Of a DNA stretch of 64,000 bases, positions 1 to 10,375 are shown piece by piece. The notes below the pieces were generated by a model, which worked only from the letters and a program-made list of their open reading frames with translations, had not been told where the DNA came from and searched no databases. Origin of the DNA: Gammaproteobacteria bacterium (lineage in GTDB: Bacteria; Pseudomonadota; Gammaproteobacteria; Eutrophobiales; Eutrophobiaceae); NCBI GenBank assembly GCA_965221695.1, contig OZ244905.1, forward strand, positions 320,001 to 384,000, read 5' to 3'. The translations under genes and the position numbers were made by a program. Each line of letters opens with the position of its first letter. Position 1 is the first letter of the stretch.

Positions 1-2
1 AT

Positions 3-260
3 CCGGATCCGGCGCAACTGGAGAGAGGCAAGAGTGAACTCGAACGCTTCGGAACGGTGTTAAACGATCATTTGAAAGATCGGGAAACATTGATAGGCGA
101 CACCGTAACTGTTGCCGATCATGCCATCGTGTCGTGGCTGGTGCATGCGGAACATGCAAGCATCCCGGTTGCTGACTACGCGGAAATTACGCGCTGGTCA
201 GGAAACATCCTGGGTTCATCAGCCTGGCAGCAAGCGCTTGCGACAATACCCAGCGGCTGA
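3..260 (+). CDS. Glutathione S-transferase family protein, C-terminal part (truncated by window start)
   Basis: Frame open from position 3; LNDHLKDRETLIGDTVTVADHAI matches the GST C-terminal helix and N-capping box. Confidence 0.75.
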   Translation, partial: PDPAQLERGKSELERFGTVLNDHLKDRETLIGDTVTVADHAIVSWLVHAEHASIPVADYAEITRWSGNILGSSAWQQALATIPSG

Positions 261-281
261 GTAACCACCTGCGCCCGGCGC

Positions 282-1649
282 TTAGCTTGCCAGGCGCTGC
301 CCGGTCATATGCAGGTATTCTTCCTCGAAGAAGAACTGCTCCGCGCCGAACGCCGGTTTCAGATCATCCAGCCAGGTTGCGCGCGCGTCGAATTCAGCAA
401 AGAATGGTTGCTGTGTCCAGGTTTCATTGCGGCCTTGCAGAAAACGCAGTAGAAATACCTTTTGGTTGTTGATTTCTGTCACACCTTGCACCTGTACCTT
501 GCCTGGCGAGGCGCTCATGGAAGGGCCGCGCACAGTACGGGCAAGCCCGGACACGGACTGGTATGCTTTTTGGTAAACTTCGAGCGCCCGAGCTAAAGGC
601 GCTTCAAAGTAACGCCTGGCGCCGGTATCCCGTTCGACAAACATGTAATAAGGTATCATCCCAAGTCGCACCTGCTCCTGCCACATCCTCGCCCAGACTG
701 CCGGGTCATTATTGATTTTGTCCAGCAACGGTCCCTGACAGCGGATTTCTGCCCCGGTGTTGCGAATTCTCTGGATGGCGCGTCGGGTCATATTGGATTC
801 CAGCTCCCGCCAATGATTGAAATGAGCCATGAAGGCCACATGTTTGCCTGACCGCACTACTTTTTCCAGCAGGCGCAACAGATCATCGGCATCTTCATCG
901 GTGACAAAACGATGCGGCCAATAGGTCAGGGCTTTGCTGCCTATTCGCAAAGTTTGAACATGCTGAAGTGAGTGATCAAACAGCGGTTCGATATAAAACT
1001 TCAGGTGATGGGTTTTCATCACCATCGGATCGCCTCCGGTAAGCAACAGGTCGGAGACTTCCCTATGCCGTTTCAGATACGCGTACAGTCCATCCGCTTC
1101 GCTGGCTGAGAAGCGGATTGATTTGTCTCCGACAAATTGCGCCCAGCGAAAACAGAAAGTGCAATAAGAATGGCAAACCTGGCCCTGTGATGGAAAAAAC
1201 AGGACGGTTTCGTGGTATTTGTGCTGCATGCCACCTAAAGTCTCACCATTAAGTATTGGCACGTTCAACTCCATTTGACCGGCAGGATGGGGATTGAGAT
1301 CCATGCGAATCTGAGTCGCCAAGGCATGGACTTTCTTGGGGTCGGCGTCGGAACTTAACAGTTTTGCCATTTGCTCAAAAGCTTCCGGTTCCAGCATATC
1401 TCTTTGGGGAAAAGTGAGCAGGAACATGGGATCAGTCTCGGCGCGATCCCAATCGATAAGCGTGTCAAGAACATAGCGATTGACCCGAAAGGGCAATACC
1501 TTTGCTACTACCTGGATATCATGGTGTAACTGTTCTGGAAGTTGGTAGAGTTGGCTTATCTGGTGAAGGTTTTTCTCTGTGTAGACTTTGAACTTTGTGC
1601 TCGGAACAAGTTCAGGTTTTCTGGCAAATGCAGCATAATTCAATGACAC
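282..1649 (-). CDS. KamA-family radical SAM protein (lysine 2,3-aminomutase-like)
   Basis: HKYHETVL..CHSYCTFCFR CxxxCxxC motif; LLTGGDP; 455 aa. Confidence 0.85.
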   Translation of the reverse strand: MSLNYAAFARKPELVPSTKFKVYTEKNLHQISQLYQLPEQLHHDIQVVAKVLPFRVNRYVLDTLIDWDRAETDPMFLLTFPQRDMLEPEAFEQMAKLLSSDADPKKVHALATQIRMDLNPHPAGQMELNVPILNGETLGGMQHKYHETVLFFPSQGQVCHSYCTFCFRWAQFVGDKSIRFSASEADGLYAYLKRHREVSDLLLTGGDPMVMKTHHLKFYIEPLFDHSLQHVQTLRIGSKALTYWPHRFVTDEDADDLLRLLEKVVRSGKHVAFMAHFNHWRELESNMTRRAIQRIRNTGAEIRCQGPLLDKINNDPAVWARMWQEQVRLGMIPYYMFVERDTGARRYFEAPLARALEVYQKAYQSVSGLARTVRGPSMSASPGKVQVQGVTEINNQKVFLLRFLQGRNETWTQQPFFAEFDARATWLDDLKPAFGAEQFFFEEEYLHMTGQRLAS

Positions 1650-1855
1650 TCTCCCTATATTTTTTGGGCCCTTTGCTTTTAGTATCTGCCCAGCGAGTTA
1701 TTCAGTTTTATTTGTGAGTTGAAAAAGTATAACAGGGTTTCAGGGCCATAGCAATATCGATGTCGGGCGCAGTTAATGTTATCTACCGTTTGCCATTGAT
1801 GGTTTACGCCGCGATAATGATCCTGTTTTTATTGCGATCGCTGGCGTTGAGAGCC

Positions 1856-2497
1856 ATGCTGCTTAACACAAACAAAACGAAAATGCCCGATATGAATAGC
1901 GCCTTACCAGGGCGCGTCACAGTTCTGCCCACTGCAGAGAGCCATTATGTCCATGGCCGACCCCTGAAACCGCCATTCCCGGAAAAGACGTTGCCGGCTT
2001 TGTTTGGTCTGGGTTGTTTTTGGGGAGCGGAGAGAAAATTCTGGCTGCTTGACGGTGTTTACACTACCGCGGTCGGCTATGCCGGAGGCTATACGCCTAA
2101 CCCCACTTATCGCGAAGTATGCAGTGGAATGACAGGCCATAATGAAGTGGTTTTGGCTGCTTATGATCCTGAGACGATCTCCTACCAGGAATTGCTGCGT
2201 GTATTTTGGGAATCCCATGACCCGACCCAAGGCATGCGCCAGGGCAACGATCTGGGAACGCAGTATCGCTCCGGCATTTATACGTTCAACGATGAGCAAA
2301 TGAAGGATGCCCGGGAATCAAGAGAGAGTTACCAACTGGCTCTGGCAGGTAACGGTTACGGCAGTATCACCACCGAGATAAAAGATGCGCCGACATTTTA
2401 TTATGCGGAAGATTACCACCAGCAATACCTGGCAAAGAACCCCGGTGGTTATTGTGGATTGGGTGGAACTGGTGTCTGCTTTGCGAGTCCAGGGTGA
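1856..2497 (+). CDS. msrA: Peptide-methionine (S)-S-oxide reductase MsrA
   Basis: GCFWG active site, [12 protein letters not shown]-terminal [11 protein letters not shown]; ATG 1856 preferred over 1760. Confidence 0.95.
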   Translation: MLLNTNKTKMPDMNSALPGRVTVLPTAESHYVHGRPLKPPFPEKTLPALFGLGCFWGAERKFWLLDGVYTTAVGYAGGYTPNPTYREVCSGMTGHNEVVLAAYDPETISYQELLRVFWESHDPTQGMRQGNDLGTQYRSGIYTFNDEQMKDARESRESYQLALAGNGYGSITTEIKDAPTFYYAEDYHQQYLAKNPGGYCGLGGTGVCFASPG

Positions 2498-2511
2498 ATA
2501 TCGCTTTCGGG

Positions 2512-3024
2512 TCAGTTGCCGGGCACGCCAGCGGCATATTTGCTGATCCATTCTTCCGCCGCGTCTTCCCGGTTGATAATGAACGGACCCTCGCGAAATT
2601 TCTTTTCCTTGATATATTCCTCAATATAGCAGGTCTGTTCCACTATACGCGCGCGGCTGGCCTCCGCCTGATGCCCAAGCCATAGGCCAATCTCGTAATA
2701 ATCGCCCCGGTCGCGCACCATCACGACTTTGCCGCGGATTTTCTCCGTCCCGCCTTTCAAGGTGATTGTCGCTTCAATAGCCGTTCCGGGTTCCAGATAT
2801 TTGTCAGACTCGAACAACAGTCCGGCGTTACCCCGGTTATCTTGTGACTGCTCTTCTTCATTAGCTGGTGAAAGTCGTTTGCATTCCAGGGGAAAACCGC
2901 GCCGATGTTGTATAAACCCGGTTTTGATGTCGGTAATAGGGACATCGCTGATATCCTTCAGGCAAGTCCTGCGCTTGTCGCGGGAACGTCTATTTATGAT
3001 TCTGCTTACTTTTTCAAATAACAT
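2512..3024 (-). CDS. PilZ-like domain protein
   Basis: FIQHRRGFP ... GKVVMVR ... YEIGL ... RARIVEQTCYIEEY ... AAEEWISKYA pattern of stand-alone gammaproteobacterial PilZ proteins. Confidence 0.6.
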   Translation of the reverse strand: MLFEKVSRIINRRSRDKRRTCLKDISDVPITDIKTGFIQHRRGFPLECKRLSPANEEEQSQDNRGNAGLLFESDKYLEPGTAIEATITLKGGTEKIRGKVVMVRDRGDYYEIGLWLGHQAEASRARIVEQTCYIEEYIKEKKFREGPFIINREDAAEEWISKYAAGVPGN

Positions 3025-3149
3025 CGACTCTTACCTGGTTGCAATTGCCGACTGTAGTTTATATTCTATGCATATTTTAAGTCAAGTATTTTTTGTAAAT
3101 CATAAAGTTAAACGATTTATATCAGATCACACATTAGAAACTGTCGATT

Positions 3150-3632
3150 GTGGATAGAAATATCGTTTTTTGCGCTGTAATACTGATCGCAGTCGCAACG
3201 GCCTACTCGTTTCTGGGCATCGACCGCATGGCAACAATGGATGAAGTTGTGTCTGACGATCTTGGAGCCAGCCAGATGAGGCCGCTTGCGCAAGCGGAAA
3301 TGGTTTCTGCGCAAACTGCAGAACAACAACGCAAGGCAACATTGCGCGCTGAGTATGAGAAACTGGAACAGGCCCGGGAAGGGGTCAGGAAACAGCTTGG
3401 ATTGCTCAAGTTCCGGTTATGGAAATTGCGCGTGTCGCCTGAACAGTCCAGAGCAATACAGGAACAGATGCAGCAAGGTTATACTGCGCTGAAAAATCCT
3501 CCGTTGCTAGGCGCATTCTCAAGTGTGGATGAAATTGCCCGCGAAATAGAAAAGATGAGCGGGATCAGCGTCAACCTGAAAACTCTGGAGATGAAAGTGG
3601 AGAACCAGCTCGCTGGCCAGAATCCCCGCTAA
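3150..3632 (+). CDS. Hypothetical membrane-anchored coiled-coil protein
   Basis: 160 aa ORF with N-terminal hydrophobic helix followed by a heptad-rich E/Q/K region. Confidence 0.6.
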   Translation: MDRNIVFCAVILIAVATAYSFLGIDRMATMDEVVSDDLGASQMRPLAQAEMVSAQTAEQQRKATLRAEYEKLEQAREGVRKQLGLLKFRLWKLRVSPEQSRAIQEQMQQGYTALKNPPLLGAFSSVDEIAREIEKMSGISVNLKTLEMKVENQLAGQNPR

Positions 3633-4920
3633 GCTCCGCGTCAGCCACCAGCGCCCCGGCGCTTTCGTTATACTGCTTGACCAGCACAGTCATTATGCTG
3701 TTGGGACGGTGAGATTCGCCCGAAACCGCGATGGCTGTGCGCAAGTAATTTGGGGAGTAGCCGAAACGGACCTTTTTTCCGTTAATTTCTCCTGTATTGC
3801 TTTCAACCAGGATCTCGAAGCGCCGGCCCACATAGCCGCGCATATAGTCATGTTTCATCTGCGCAGCCAACTGCAGCAATTGCGCGCAACGTTGTTTCCT
3901 TAGCTGGCGCGGCAGTTGTCCCGGCAACAGGGCTGCCCGTGCGCCGGCGCGGGCTGAGTATGGAAAAACATGGATATGTGGAAACCCGATTTCCCGACAA
4001 AAATCCATGGTTTGCCGCCATTCTTGTTCGGTTTCGCCAGGAAACCCGGCGATAATGTCCGTGCTGATGTTCAAGTCAGGAACCCGTTGTCTGAGCCGCT
4101 CAACCAGCTTGATAAACTGCTTAGGTTTGCAACGCCGGCCCATGCGCCGCAATACGCTGTCACAACCGCTTTGCATGGGCAGATGCAAGTGAGGCATAAA
4201 TCCAGGTTCATTGAACAGTTCAAAAAAGTCTTCACCGATATCCCAAGGCTCCAGCGAACCTAGTCGTAATCTGGGAATCTTGGTTTCAGCGAGGACCGTT
4301 TTGATCAATGCCGGCAGGTTGGTTCCCAAGTCATGTCCATAACCGCCGATATGCACGCCGGTCAGAACTGCTTCCTGGATCTGATATGAGTGTAATGCAT
4401 TGATCTCCTCAACTATCTGCCTGATTGTCCGGCTGCGCTCCGCGCCCCGGGCCAGCGTGACAACGCAGAATGCGCATCGATGCCGGCAGCCGTCCTGTAT
4501 CTTGATGAATGCCCGGTTGCGCCCCCGGCTGAACAGGGCAGTTGTTCCCGGTTCTGTGGTTGCATTCGGCATGGTCTTCAAGTCCAGCCGTTGTGTTACG
4601 ATATCCGTCAGGCGATCCTTGTCCTGGTTGTCCACGACCAGGTCTATGCCCGGCAATTGTTTGACTGCGTCCGGATGCAGGCTCGAATAACAACCGCTGA
4701 CCACCAGCTTGGATTGTTTGTTGCTTCGCCGGATGCGCCGAATCAACTGCCTGGATTTTTTCGCCGCCTCACAAGTTACCGCGCAGGTATTGACGACTAT
4801 CAGGTCGGCATCTTCCGTGCCTGTGGTCAACTGGTTTCCCTGCGCCTGGAAAGCCGATGCCCAGCGTTCCAGTTCGGCCTCGTTCAGGCGGCACCCCAGC
4901 GCTTTAAGCGCAACTTTCAT
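3571..4920 (-). CDS. mtaB: tRNA t6A37 methylthiotransferase MtaB
   Basis: [26 protein letters not shown] radical SAM motif, HVFPYSAR. Confidence 0.9.
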   Translation of the reverse strand: MKVALKALGCRLNEAELERWASAFQAQGNQLTTGTEDADLIVVNTCAVTCEAAKKSRQLIRRIRRSNKQSKLVVSGCYSSLHPDAVKQLPGIDLVVDNQDKDRLTDIVTQRLDLKTMPNATTEPGTTALFSRGRNRAFIKIQDGCRHRCAFCVVTLARGAERSRTIRQIVEEINALHSYQIQEAVLTGVHIGGYGHDLGTNLPALIKTVLAETKIPRLRLGSLEPWDIGEDFFELFNEPGFMPHLHLPMQSGCDSVLRRMGRRCKPKQFIKLVERLRQRVPDLNISTDIIAGFPGETEQEWRQTMDFCREIGFPHIHVFPYSARAGARAALLPGQLPRQLRKQRCAQLLQLAAQMKHDYMRGYVGRRFEILVESNTGEINGKKVRFGYSPNYLRTAIAVSGESHRPNSIMTVLVKQYNESAGALVADAELSGDSGQRAGSPLSSPEFSG

Positions 4921-6070
4921 AGTTCTCGATGGTCGCGCGCGCGATGATCAGCTTCTGTATCTCGGAGGCGCCTTCATAGATGCGTAGCGCGCGTATTTCA
5001 CGATACAGTTCTTCCACTTTTTCGCCTCGCGTTACGCCACGCCCGCCGAATAATTGGACCGCCTGATCTATGACCTGCTGCGCGGCTTCGGTTGCATGCA
5101 ATTTTGCTATGGCGGCTTCCCGCGTGATACGTTCCACCACGCAGTCCCGGGTCCAGGCGGCACGGTACACCAGCAGCGCGCTGGCATCGATAGCCACAGC
5201 CATGTCGGCAAGCTTGCCCCGGGTCATCTGCATATCTGCAAGAGTTTTGCCAAAGAGCTGCCGTGTGTTGGTGTGTCTGAGCGTTTCTTCCAGCGCACGC
5301 CGGGCGAAACCCAGCGCCGCAGCGCCAACGGTTGAGCGAAACATGTCTAAAGTGTCCATGGCTACTTTGAAACCCTCTCCGGGGCTGCCCAGCAGGTTTG
5401 TACTGGGAACCCTGCAATCCTTGAATTCAAGCCGGGCCAGGGGGTGGGGCGCAATCACTTCGATGCGCTCAGCGATTTCCAGGCCCTGTGTGCCGGCATC
5501 GACAATGAAGGCGCTGAGGCCCGCTGCGCCGCTTTCCTCACCGGTTCGGACAAACAGGGTATAAAAATCGGCGATACCGCCATTGGACACCCATGTCTTC
5601 TCGCCATTGATGATGTAGTCGTCGCCATCCGGCGTGGCTGTGGCGCTCAGCGCCGCGACATCGGAACCGGCCGCGGGTTCGGACAAGGCAAATGCAGAAA
5701 TCTTCTCGCCTTTGCGGACCGCAGGAAGGCGAGCGTTTTTTTGTTCCTGGTTCCCAAACAGCGCGATAGCGCCGCTGCCCAGTCCTTGCATTGCAAAAAC
5801 AAAATCAGCAAGACCGGAATGGCGCGCCAGGATCTCACGGATAAGACATAATGATCTGACATCCGGAGAGTTGTCGGAGTCGGGCGCCGGCGCGGCATGA
5901 TTGAGCCAGCCGCCGTCAGCCAGGAGTTTTACCAGTCTCTTGCAGGTCTGATCGACATTATCCGGATGCCGGCCGTTCAGTGCGCGCCTGGCCCACTCAT
6001 CCAGTTCAGTCGCCAGCAGTCTATGCTGATCCGTAAAAAAAGGCCAATCAAGAAAACTGTGGTCAATCAC
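4904..6070 (-). CDS. Acyl-CoA dehydrogenase (abm-cluster type)
   Basis: [32 protein letters not shown]; FLDWPFF N-terminus typical of those linked to anthraniloyl-CoA monooxygenase. Confidence 0.9.
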   Translation of the reverse strand: MIDHSFLDWPFFTDQHRLLATELDEWARRALNGRHPDNVDQTCKRLVKLLADGGWLNHAAPAPDSDNSPDVRSLCLIREILARHSGLADFVFAMQGLGSGAIALFGNQEQKNARLPAVRKGEKISAFALSEPAAGSDVAALSATATPDGDDYIINGEKTWVSNGGIADFYTLFVRTGEESGAAGLSAFIVDAGTQGLEIAERIEVIAPHPLARLEFKDCRVPSTNLLGSPGEGFKVAMDTLDMFRSTVGAAALGFARRALEETLRHTNTRQLFGKTLADMQMTRGKLADMAVAIDASALLVYRAAWTRDCVVERITREAAIAKLHATEAAQQVIDQAVQLFGGRGVTRGEKVEELYREIRALRIYEGASEIQKLIIARATIENYESCA

Positions 6071-6872
6071 CTTTGAATTCCGCTTGGCTCTTATTCATAA
6101 AAGCCATGTAGGCGCGCCGGAAATCCTCCGTCTGCATGCAGATTGCCTGGGCCTGGGCCTCAGCTTCAAGAGCTTGATCCGGCGCCATATTCCATTCCTG
6201 ACGCAACATGGTTTTGGTGACGCCATGGGCAAATGTCGGTCCGTTTGAAAGCCGTTCGGCCAGTTTGCGCGCCTCAAGCGCCAACTCGTCTGTCGTTGCC
6301 AGAAAGTTATAAAATCCCCAACGATGGCCTTCTTCCGCGCTCATGCTGCGACCGCTGTAGAGCAGTTCCGAAGCGCGTCCGTGGCCGATAATCCTGGGCA
6401 GAATGGCGCAGGCTCCCATATCGCATCCGGCTAGTCCGACGCGGGTGAAAAGAAACGCGGTTTTTGCTTCCGGCGTGGCGATGCGCATATCGCTGGCCAT
6501 CGCGATACAGGCGCCGGCGCCCACGCAAACGCCGTCCACTGCAGCAATGAGCGGTTGCGGGCAGTAGAGCATGGCCTTGATGAGGTCGCCGGTCATTCGG
6601 GTAAACGCCAGCAGGTCTTTCATATTCATTTTCGTCAATGGCCCAATGATGTCGCGCACATCGCCACCGGAACAAAAATTCCCCTGCGCGCCGGCAATGA
6701 TCACAACTTTAACGTCATTGGCATCGGACAGGAGACGGAATGTATCACGCAATTCCGCGTAGGAGTCAAATGTCAGAGGATTCTTTTTCTCAGGACGGTT
6801 AAGGGTCAGTGTGGCTATGCCGTCGGAACAGGACCAGGAAAAATGTTGTGGGCGATGATCTTGCATATTCAT
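6063..6872 (-). CDS. Enoyl-CoA hydratase/crotonase family protein (abm-cluster type)
   Basis: [36 protein letters not shown]; start at 6872 avoids overlap with the SDR. Confidence 0.9.
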   Translation of the reverse strand: MNMQDHRPQHFSWSCSDGIATLTLNRPEKKNPLTFDSYAELRDTFRLLSDANDVKVVIIAGAQGNFCSGGDVRDIIGPLTKMNMKDLLAFTRMTGDLIKAMLYCPQPLIAAVDGVCVGAGACIAMASDMRIATPEAKTAFLFTRVGLAGCDMGACAILPRIIGHGRASELLYSGRSMSAEEGHRWGFYNFLATTDELALEARKLAERLSNGPTFAHGVTKTMLRQEWNMAPDQALEAEAQAQAICMQTEDFRRAYMAFMNKSQAEFKGD

Positions 6873-6898
6873 TTGGTTTACCAGGCTCGTTATCGGGC

Positions 6899-7663
6899 TT
6901 ACATGACCTCGCCGCCGGCTATCGGAATGGACTGGCCGGTAATCGATTCGCTGCCAGGCAGGCATAACCACGCGACTGCCGTAGCCACTTCCTGCGGTTC
7001 AATAAACCGATGTTGCGGATTCATTGATTTCAGGCGTGTCTCTGCGTCCTCTCGTGTCATACCGGTCTTGTCCATAATCCTGGATATCGCTTCCGTGATC
7101 AGGTCCGTATTGGTATAGCCGGGACAGATCGCGTTGACAGTCACGCCGGTATTGGCCAGTTCCAGCGCCAGGGACCGGGTCAGGCCGATCATACCGTGCT
7201 TGGCCGCGCAATAGGCGGATACGTAAGCATATCCAGTCAGTCCGGCTGTGCTTGCAATATTGACGATACGACCCCAATCGGCCTCCAGCATTCCATCAAG
7301 CGCTTGCTTGCTGCAATAAAACGCGCCGTTCAAGTTCACAGCCAGAGTCTGTTCCCAGTTCTTGCCGTCAATACGCGCAAATGGATTACTGTAAACTGCG
7401 CCGGCATTGTTCACCAGGATGTCGACCGGACCAAAAATGGTTATCGCCCGGTCAAACCCGGTTCGCACGGCGCTTTCGTCGGTCACGTCAACCTGTATTG
7501 AGTTAGCCCGTTTCAGTTTTTTCTCATGGGCATGCAAAACGCTTTGTGTCCGACCCATGAGGGTAATCCTGGCGCCCAAACGGTCCAGTTCGGCAGCGAT
7601 GGCGGCTCCTATGCCTTTGCCTCCACCTGTAACCACTACATGTTTATCGCTGAGCGCGGTCAT
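6899..7663 (-). CDS. SDR oxidoreductase (3-hydroxyacyl-CoA dehydrogenase-like, abm-cluster type)
   Basis: [18 protein letters not shown]-terminal GGEVM. Confidence 0.9.
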   Translation of the reverse strand: MTALSDKHVVVTGGGKGIGAAIAAELDRLGARITLMGRTQSVLHAHEKKLKRANSIQVDVTDESAVRTGFDRAITIFGPVDILVNNAGAVYSNPFARIDGKNWEQTLAVNLNGAFYCSKQALDGMLEADWGRIVNIASTAGLTGYAYVSAYCAAKHGMIGLTRSLALELANTGVTVNAICPGYTNTDLITEAISRIMDKTGMTREDAETRLKSMNPQHRFIEPQEVATAVAWLCLPGSESITGQSIPIAGGEVM

Positions 7664-7709
7664 TTATATCTGTTCCCGGCGTGGACCAGAATACGACAAC
7701 CCGGGTCAA

Positions 7710-8867
7710 TCAACGATTAACCGTGTGGCCGCAGGCCATGCCGGCAATGATCATCTTCTGTATGTTGGATGTCCCTTCCACTACTTGCAGAGATTTGGCG
7801 TCGCGGTAAAACCGTTCCGCAGGATATTCAGTGGAATAGCCATAGGAACCGAAGATCTTCATGCACTCGTTCGCGCTGTGCACGGCCGCCTCGGATGCCG
7901 CCAGTTTAGCCATGGAGGTCTCATACTGATTGGGCTTGCCTTGGTCTTTCAGCCAGGCAGCCTTGTACACCAGCAAACGCGCGGCCTCGTGTTCTACTGT
8001 CATTTCAGCGATCTGGGACTGGATCATCTGATGCCGAGAAATGGGCTGGCCGAATTGTGTGCGTTCATTGGCATAGTCTATCGCAAGTTGCAGCGCGCCA
8101 CCGGCCACGCCCAAGGCGCCGGCCGCGCAACCGAGACGGGTATTATTCAACTGCCACATGCACATCCTGAAACCATTATTCAGCTCTCCGAGCAGGGCGC
8201 TACGGGGGATGCGCGCGCCCTCAAACACGAATTCGCCTGTTGGAGAACAGTGCAGGCCCAGTTTGGTCTCTATCGGCCGCGCCACGCAACCCTCCAGTTC
8301 CTTAGGTTCTATGATAAAGCAACTGATGCCCTTGTTGCCTTTTTCCCTGTCCGTGTAGGCATAGAGCAGCCCGGCATCGCCGATGTGAGCGTTGGAAATC
8401 CAGATCTTGCTGCCGTGTAATTCAAAATAATCGCCCTTGTCAATAGCATAGGTCTTCATGCTGGCAACATCGGAACCCGTATCCGGCTCAGTCATGGCGA
8501 AGAAGCCGATTTTTGTGCCGCTGATCCAGCCCGGGATATATTTCTCCTGTTGCTCCCTGGAGCCGAACTTTGCTATGGAAAGCGGTGGGCCGAGGTTTTG
8601 CATATTGAACGGCAAGCGCCAGGAAGCCGACACCCGGGCAATCTGTTCCGCCATCAGCGCTGATTCCAAAAAGCCCATCCCGTTTCCGCCAAGTTGTTCC
8701 GGCAGGGCGCAGGAAAAAAAACCAAGATCACCCATTTGCGCCACGCGTTCCTGTTTAAATTCCCGATTTTTTTCCTCTTCCTCCAGGGTAGGGGCTATCT
8801 CTTCCAAGGCGAAGCGTCTGGCGGTGTCCTGCACCAGTTGCTGTTCTTCAGTTAACTCAAAAAACAT
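7710..8867 (-). CDS. Acyl-CoA dehydrogenase, probably non-decarboxylating glutaryl-CoA dehydrogenase
   Basis: ACAD motifs; YAYTD..G..GISCFIIEP, KLGLHCSPTGE, YGYSTEYP..RFYRDA, VVEG resemble Desulfococcus Acd as I recall it; adjacent to gcd genes. Confidence 0.75.
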   Translation of the reverse strand: MFFELTEEQQLVQDTARRFALEEIAPTLEEEEKNREFKQERVAQMGDLGFFSCALPEQLGGNGMGFLESALMAEQIARVSASWRLPFNMQNLGPPLSIAKFGSREQQEKYIPGWISGTKIGFFAMTEPDTGSDVASMKTYAIDKGDYFELHGSKIWISNAHIGDAGLLYAYTDREKGNKGISCFIIEPKELEGCVARPIETKLGLHCSPTGEFVFEGARIPRSALLGELNNGFRMCMWQLNNTRLGCAAGALGVAGGALQLAIDYANERTQFGQPISRHQMIQSQIAEMTVEHEAARLLVYKAAWLKDQGKPNQYETSMAKLAASEAAVHSANECMKIFGSYGYSTEYPAERFYRDAKSLQVVEGTSNIQKMIIAGMACGHTVNR

Positions 8868-8880
8868 CGTAGTCTCTCAC

Positions 8881-9102
8881 TTATTCGGTCTTGATAGACA
8901 TCAAGGGTTGATCTTCCTCTACCGCATCCCCTTCCTTGACGTATATTTCTTTGACTGTACCGTCACAGGGCGCATATACTGGCGTTTCCATCTTTAATGC
9001 CTCAATAATAAGTATCTCGTCATCTTCTTCGACTTTTTCATCCACAGTCACCGAGATTTTCCAGATAGCGCCGGAGAGAGGCGCCAACACTTCTTCCGTC
9101 AT
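8881..9102 (-). CDS. gcdC: Biotin carboxyl carrier subunit of glutaconyl-CoA decarboxylase
   Basis: APLSGAIWK ... IEALKMET biotinyl-lysine motif; 73 aa; operon context. Confidence 0.8.
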   Translation of the reverse strand: MTEEVLAPLSGAIWKISVTVDEKVEEDDEILIIEALKMETPVYAPCDGTVKEIYVKEGDAVEEDQPLMSIKTE

Positions 9103-9119
9103 TATTATCCTCCAAGCAG

Positions 9120-10223
9120 TTATTTCAATATAGTCAGAAATATGCCGGCCGCAATCACGGTTCCGATCACACCGGCAATATTGGGTCCCATCGCAAACAT
9201 AAGCAAATAATTCTTTCTATCCGCTTCTGAACCGACTTTCTGTGCGACACGGGCCGCCATCGGCACCGCCGATACGCCCGCGGCGCCTATCAGCGGATTG
9301 ATTTTATGCGCCGTGAAGACATTGATCAGTTTAGCCAGTAATACACCACTTGCCGTGCTGATCATGAATGCGAACAGGCCGAGCAGGAAAACCAGGATAA
9401 CATCGGCATGTAAAAAGCGGTCTGCGCTCATGGTGGCGCCGATACTGACGCCCAGGAAAATGGTCGCGATATTCATCAGGGAATTGCGCGCGGCATCCGT
9501 CAGACGCTCGACCACCTTTGATTCCCGGAACAGGTTGCCCAGCATAAACATAGAGATCAACGGAGCCGACGCGGGCACTATCAGGATAATCACCAGCGTG
9601 GCAACGATGGGAAACAGCAGTTTTTCTTTTGCCCCGACCTTGCGCCCTTTGCGCATGCGAATCTTCCGTTCATCTTCCGTGGTCAACAGGCGCATTATCG
9701 GCGGCTGGATGATGGGCACCATGGCCATGTAGGAATAGGCGGCGACGGCGCAGGCTCCCAGCAGGTGCGGCGCCAGTTCAGCCGCCAGAAAGATGGTTGT
9801 GGGTCCGTCTGCGCCGCCGATAATACTGATAGTAGCCGCGTCCTGCAGATCGAAACCCATCCACCAGGCAAGAAAAAACGTCAGGTATACCCCGACCTGC
9901 GCGCCGGCGCCAAGAAAGATAAGGCGGGGTTGCGCAAGCAGCGGGCCAAAATCTGTGAGCGCGCCCAGTCCGAGGAAGATCAGGGGAGGTATGATGCGCC
10001 ACTCGATTCCGTGGTGATAGAAGCGCCACAGCAGCCCGTCTCCAGGGTCCATTAACCCGGTCAGGGGCAGATTGGCTAGCAGAATGCCAAATCCTATCGG
10101 CAACAACAGTAGTGGTTCATATTGTTTGGCTATGGCCAGGTAGATTAATGCCAGTCCTATCAGCCACATTGCCAGCAATTCGCCGGTGACCGCGAAAATG
10201 CCCATGTTTTCTATAAATGCCAT
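9120..10223 (-). CDS. gcdB: Na+-translocating decarboxylase beta subunit
   Basis: EPLLLLPIGFG, TDFGPL, IIGGADGPT, AAYSYMA, GVSAVPMAARV, AMGPNIAG. Confidence 0.93.
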   Translation of the reverse strand: MAFIENMGIFAVTGELLAMWLIGLALIYLAIAKQYEPLLLLPIGFGILLANLPLTGLMDPGDGLLWRFYHHGIEWRIIPPLIFLGLGALTDFGPLLAQPRLIFLGAGAQVGVYLTFFLAWWMGFDLQDAATISIIGGADGPTTIFLAAELAPHLLGACAVAAYSYMAMVPIIQPPIMRLLTTEDERKIRMRKGRKVGAKEKLLFPIVATLVIILIVPASAPLISMFMLGNLFRESKVVERLTDAARNSLMNIATIFLGVSIGATMSADRFLHADVILVFLLGLFAFMISTASGVLLAKLINVFTAHKINPLIGAAGVSAVPMAARVAQKVGSEADRKNYLLMFAMGPNIAGVIGTVIAAGIFLTILK

Positions 10224-10231
10224 GAATCGAG

Positions 10232-10360
10232 CTACTCGTCCTGTTCAGTATCCTTGCTGTCCGGCGTCAGCGCCAGCAGTTTAATGATCACATACAACAT
10301 CCCCATACCGGCTGCCACGCCGCCGATACCGTTAAAGAAAACTTCCAATACTTGTTCCAT
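10232..10360 (-). CDS. gcdD: Small single-TM membrane subunit of the Na+-decarboxylase (GcdD/OadG-like), not in the ORF track
   Basis: Hand translation MEQVLEVFFNGIGGVAAGMGMLYVIIKLLALTPDSKDTEQDE* (42 aa); fills the gcdA-gcdB gap. Confidence 0.75.
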   Translation of the reverse strand: MEQVLEVFFNGIGGVAAGMGMLYVIIKLLALTPDSKDTEQDE

Positions 10361-10375
10361 AAGTCGAATTCTATA

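Noticed and set aside
7407-8997. Long plus-strand ORFs (337 aa, 179 aa) and similar antisense ORFs throughout the window
   Set aside because: Shadows of well-supported genes on the opposite strand; no family motifs
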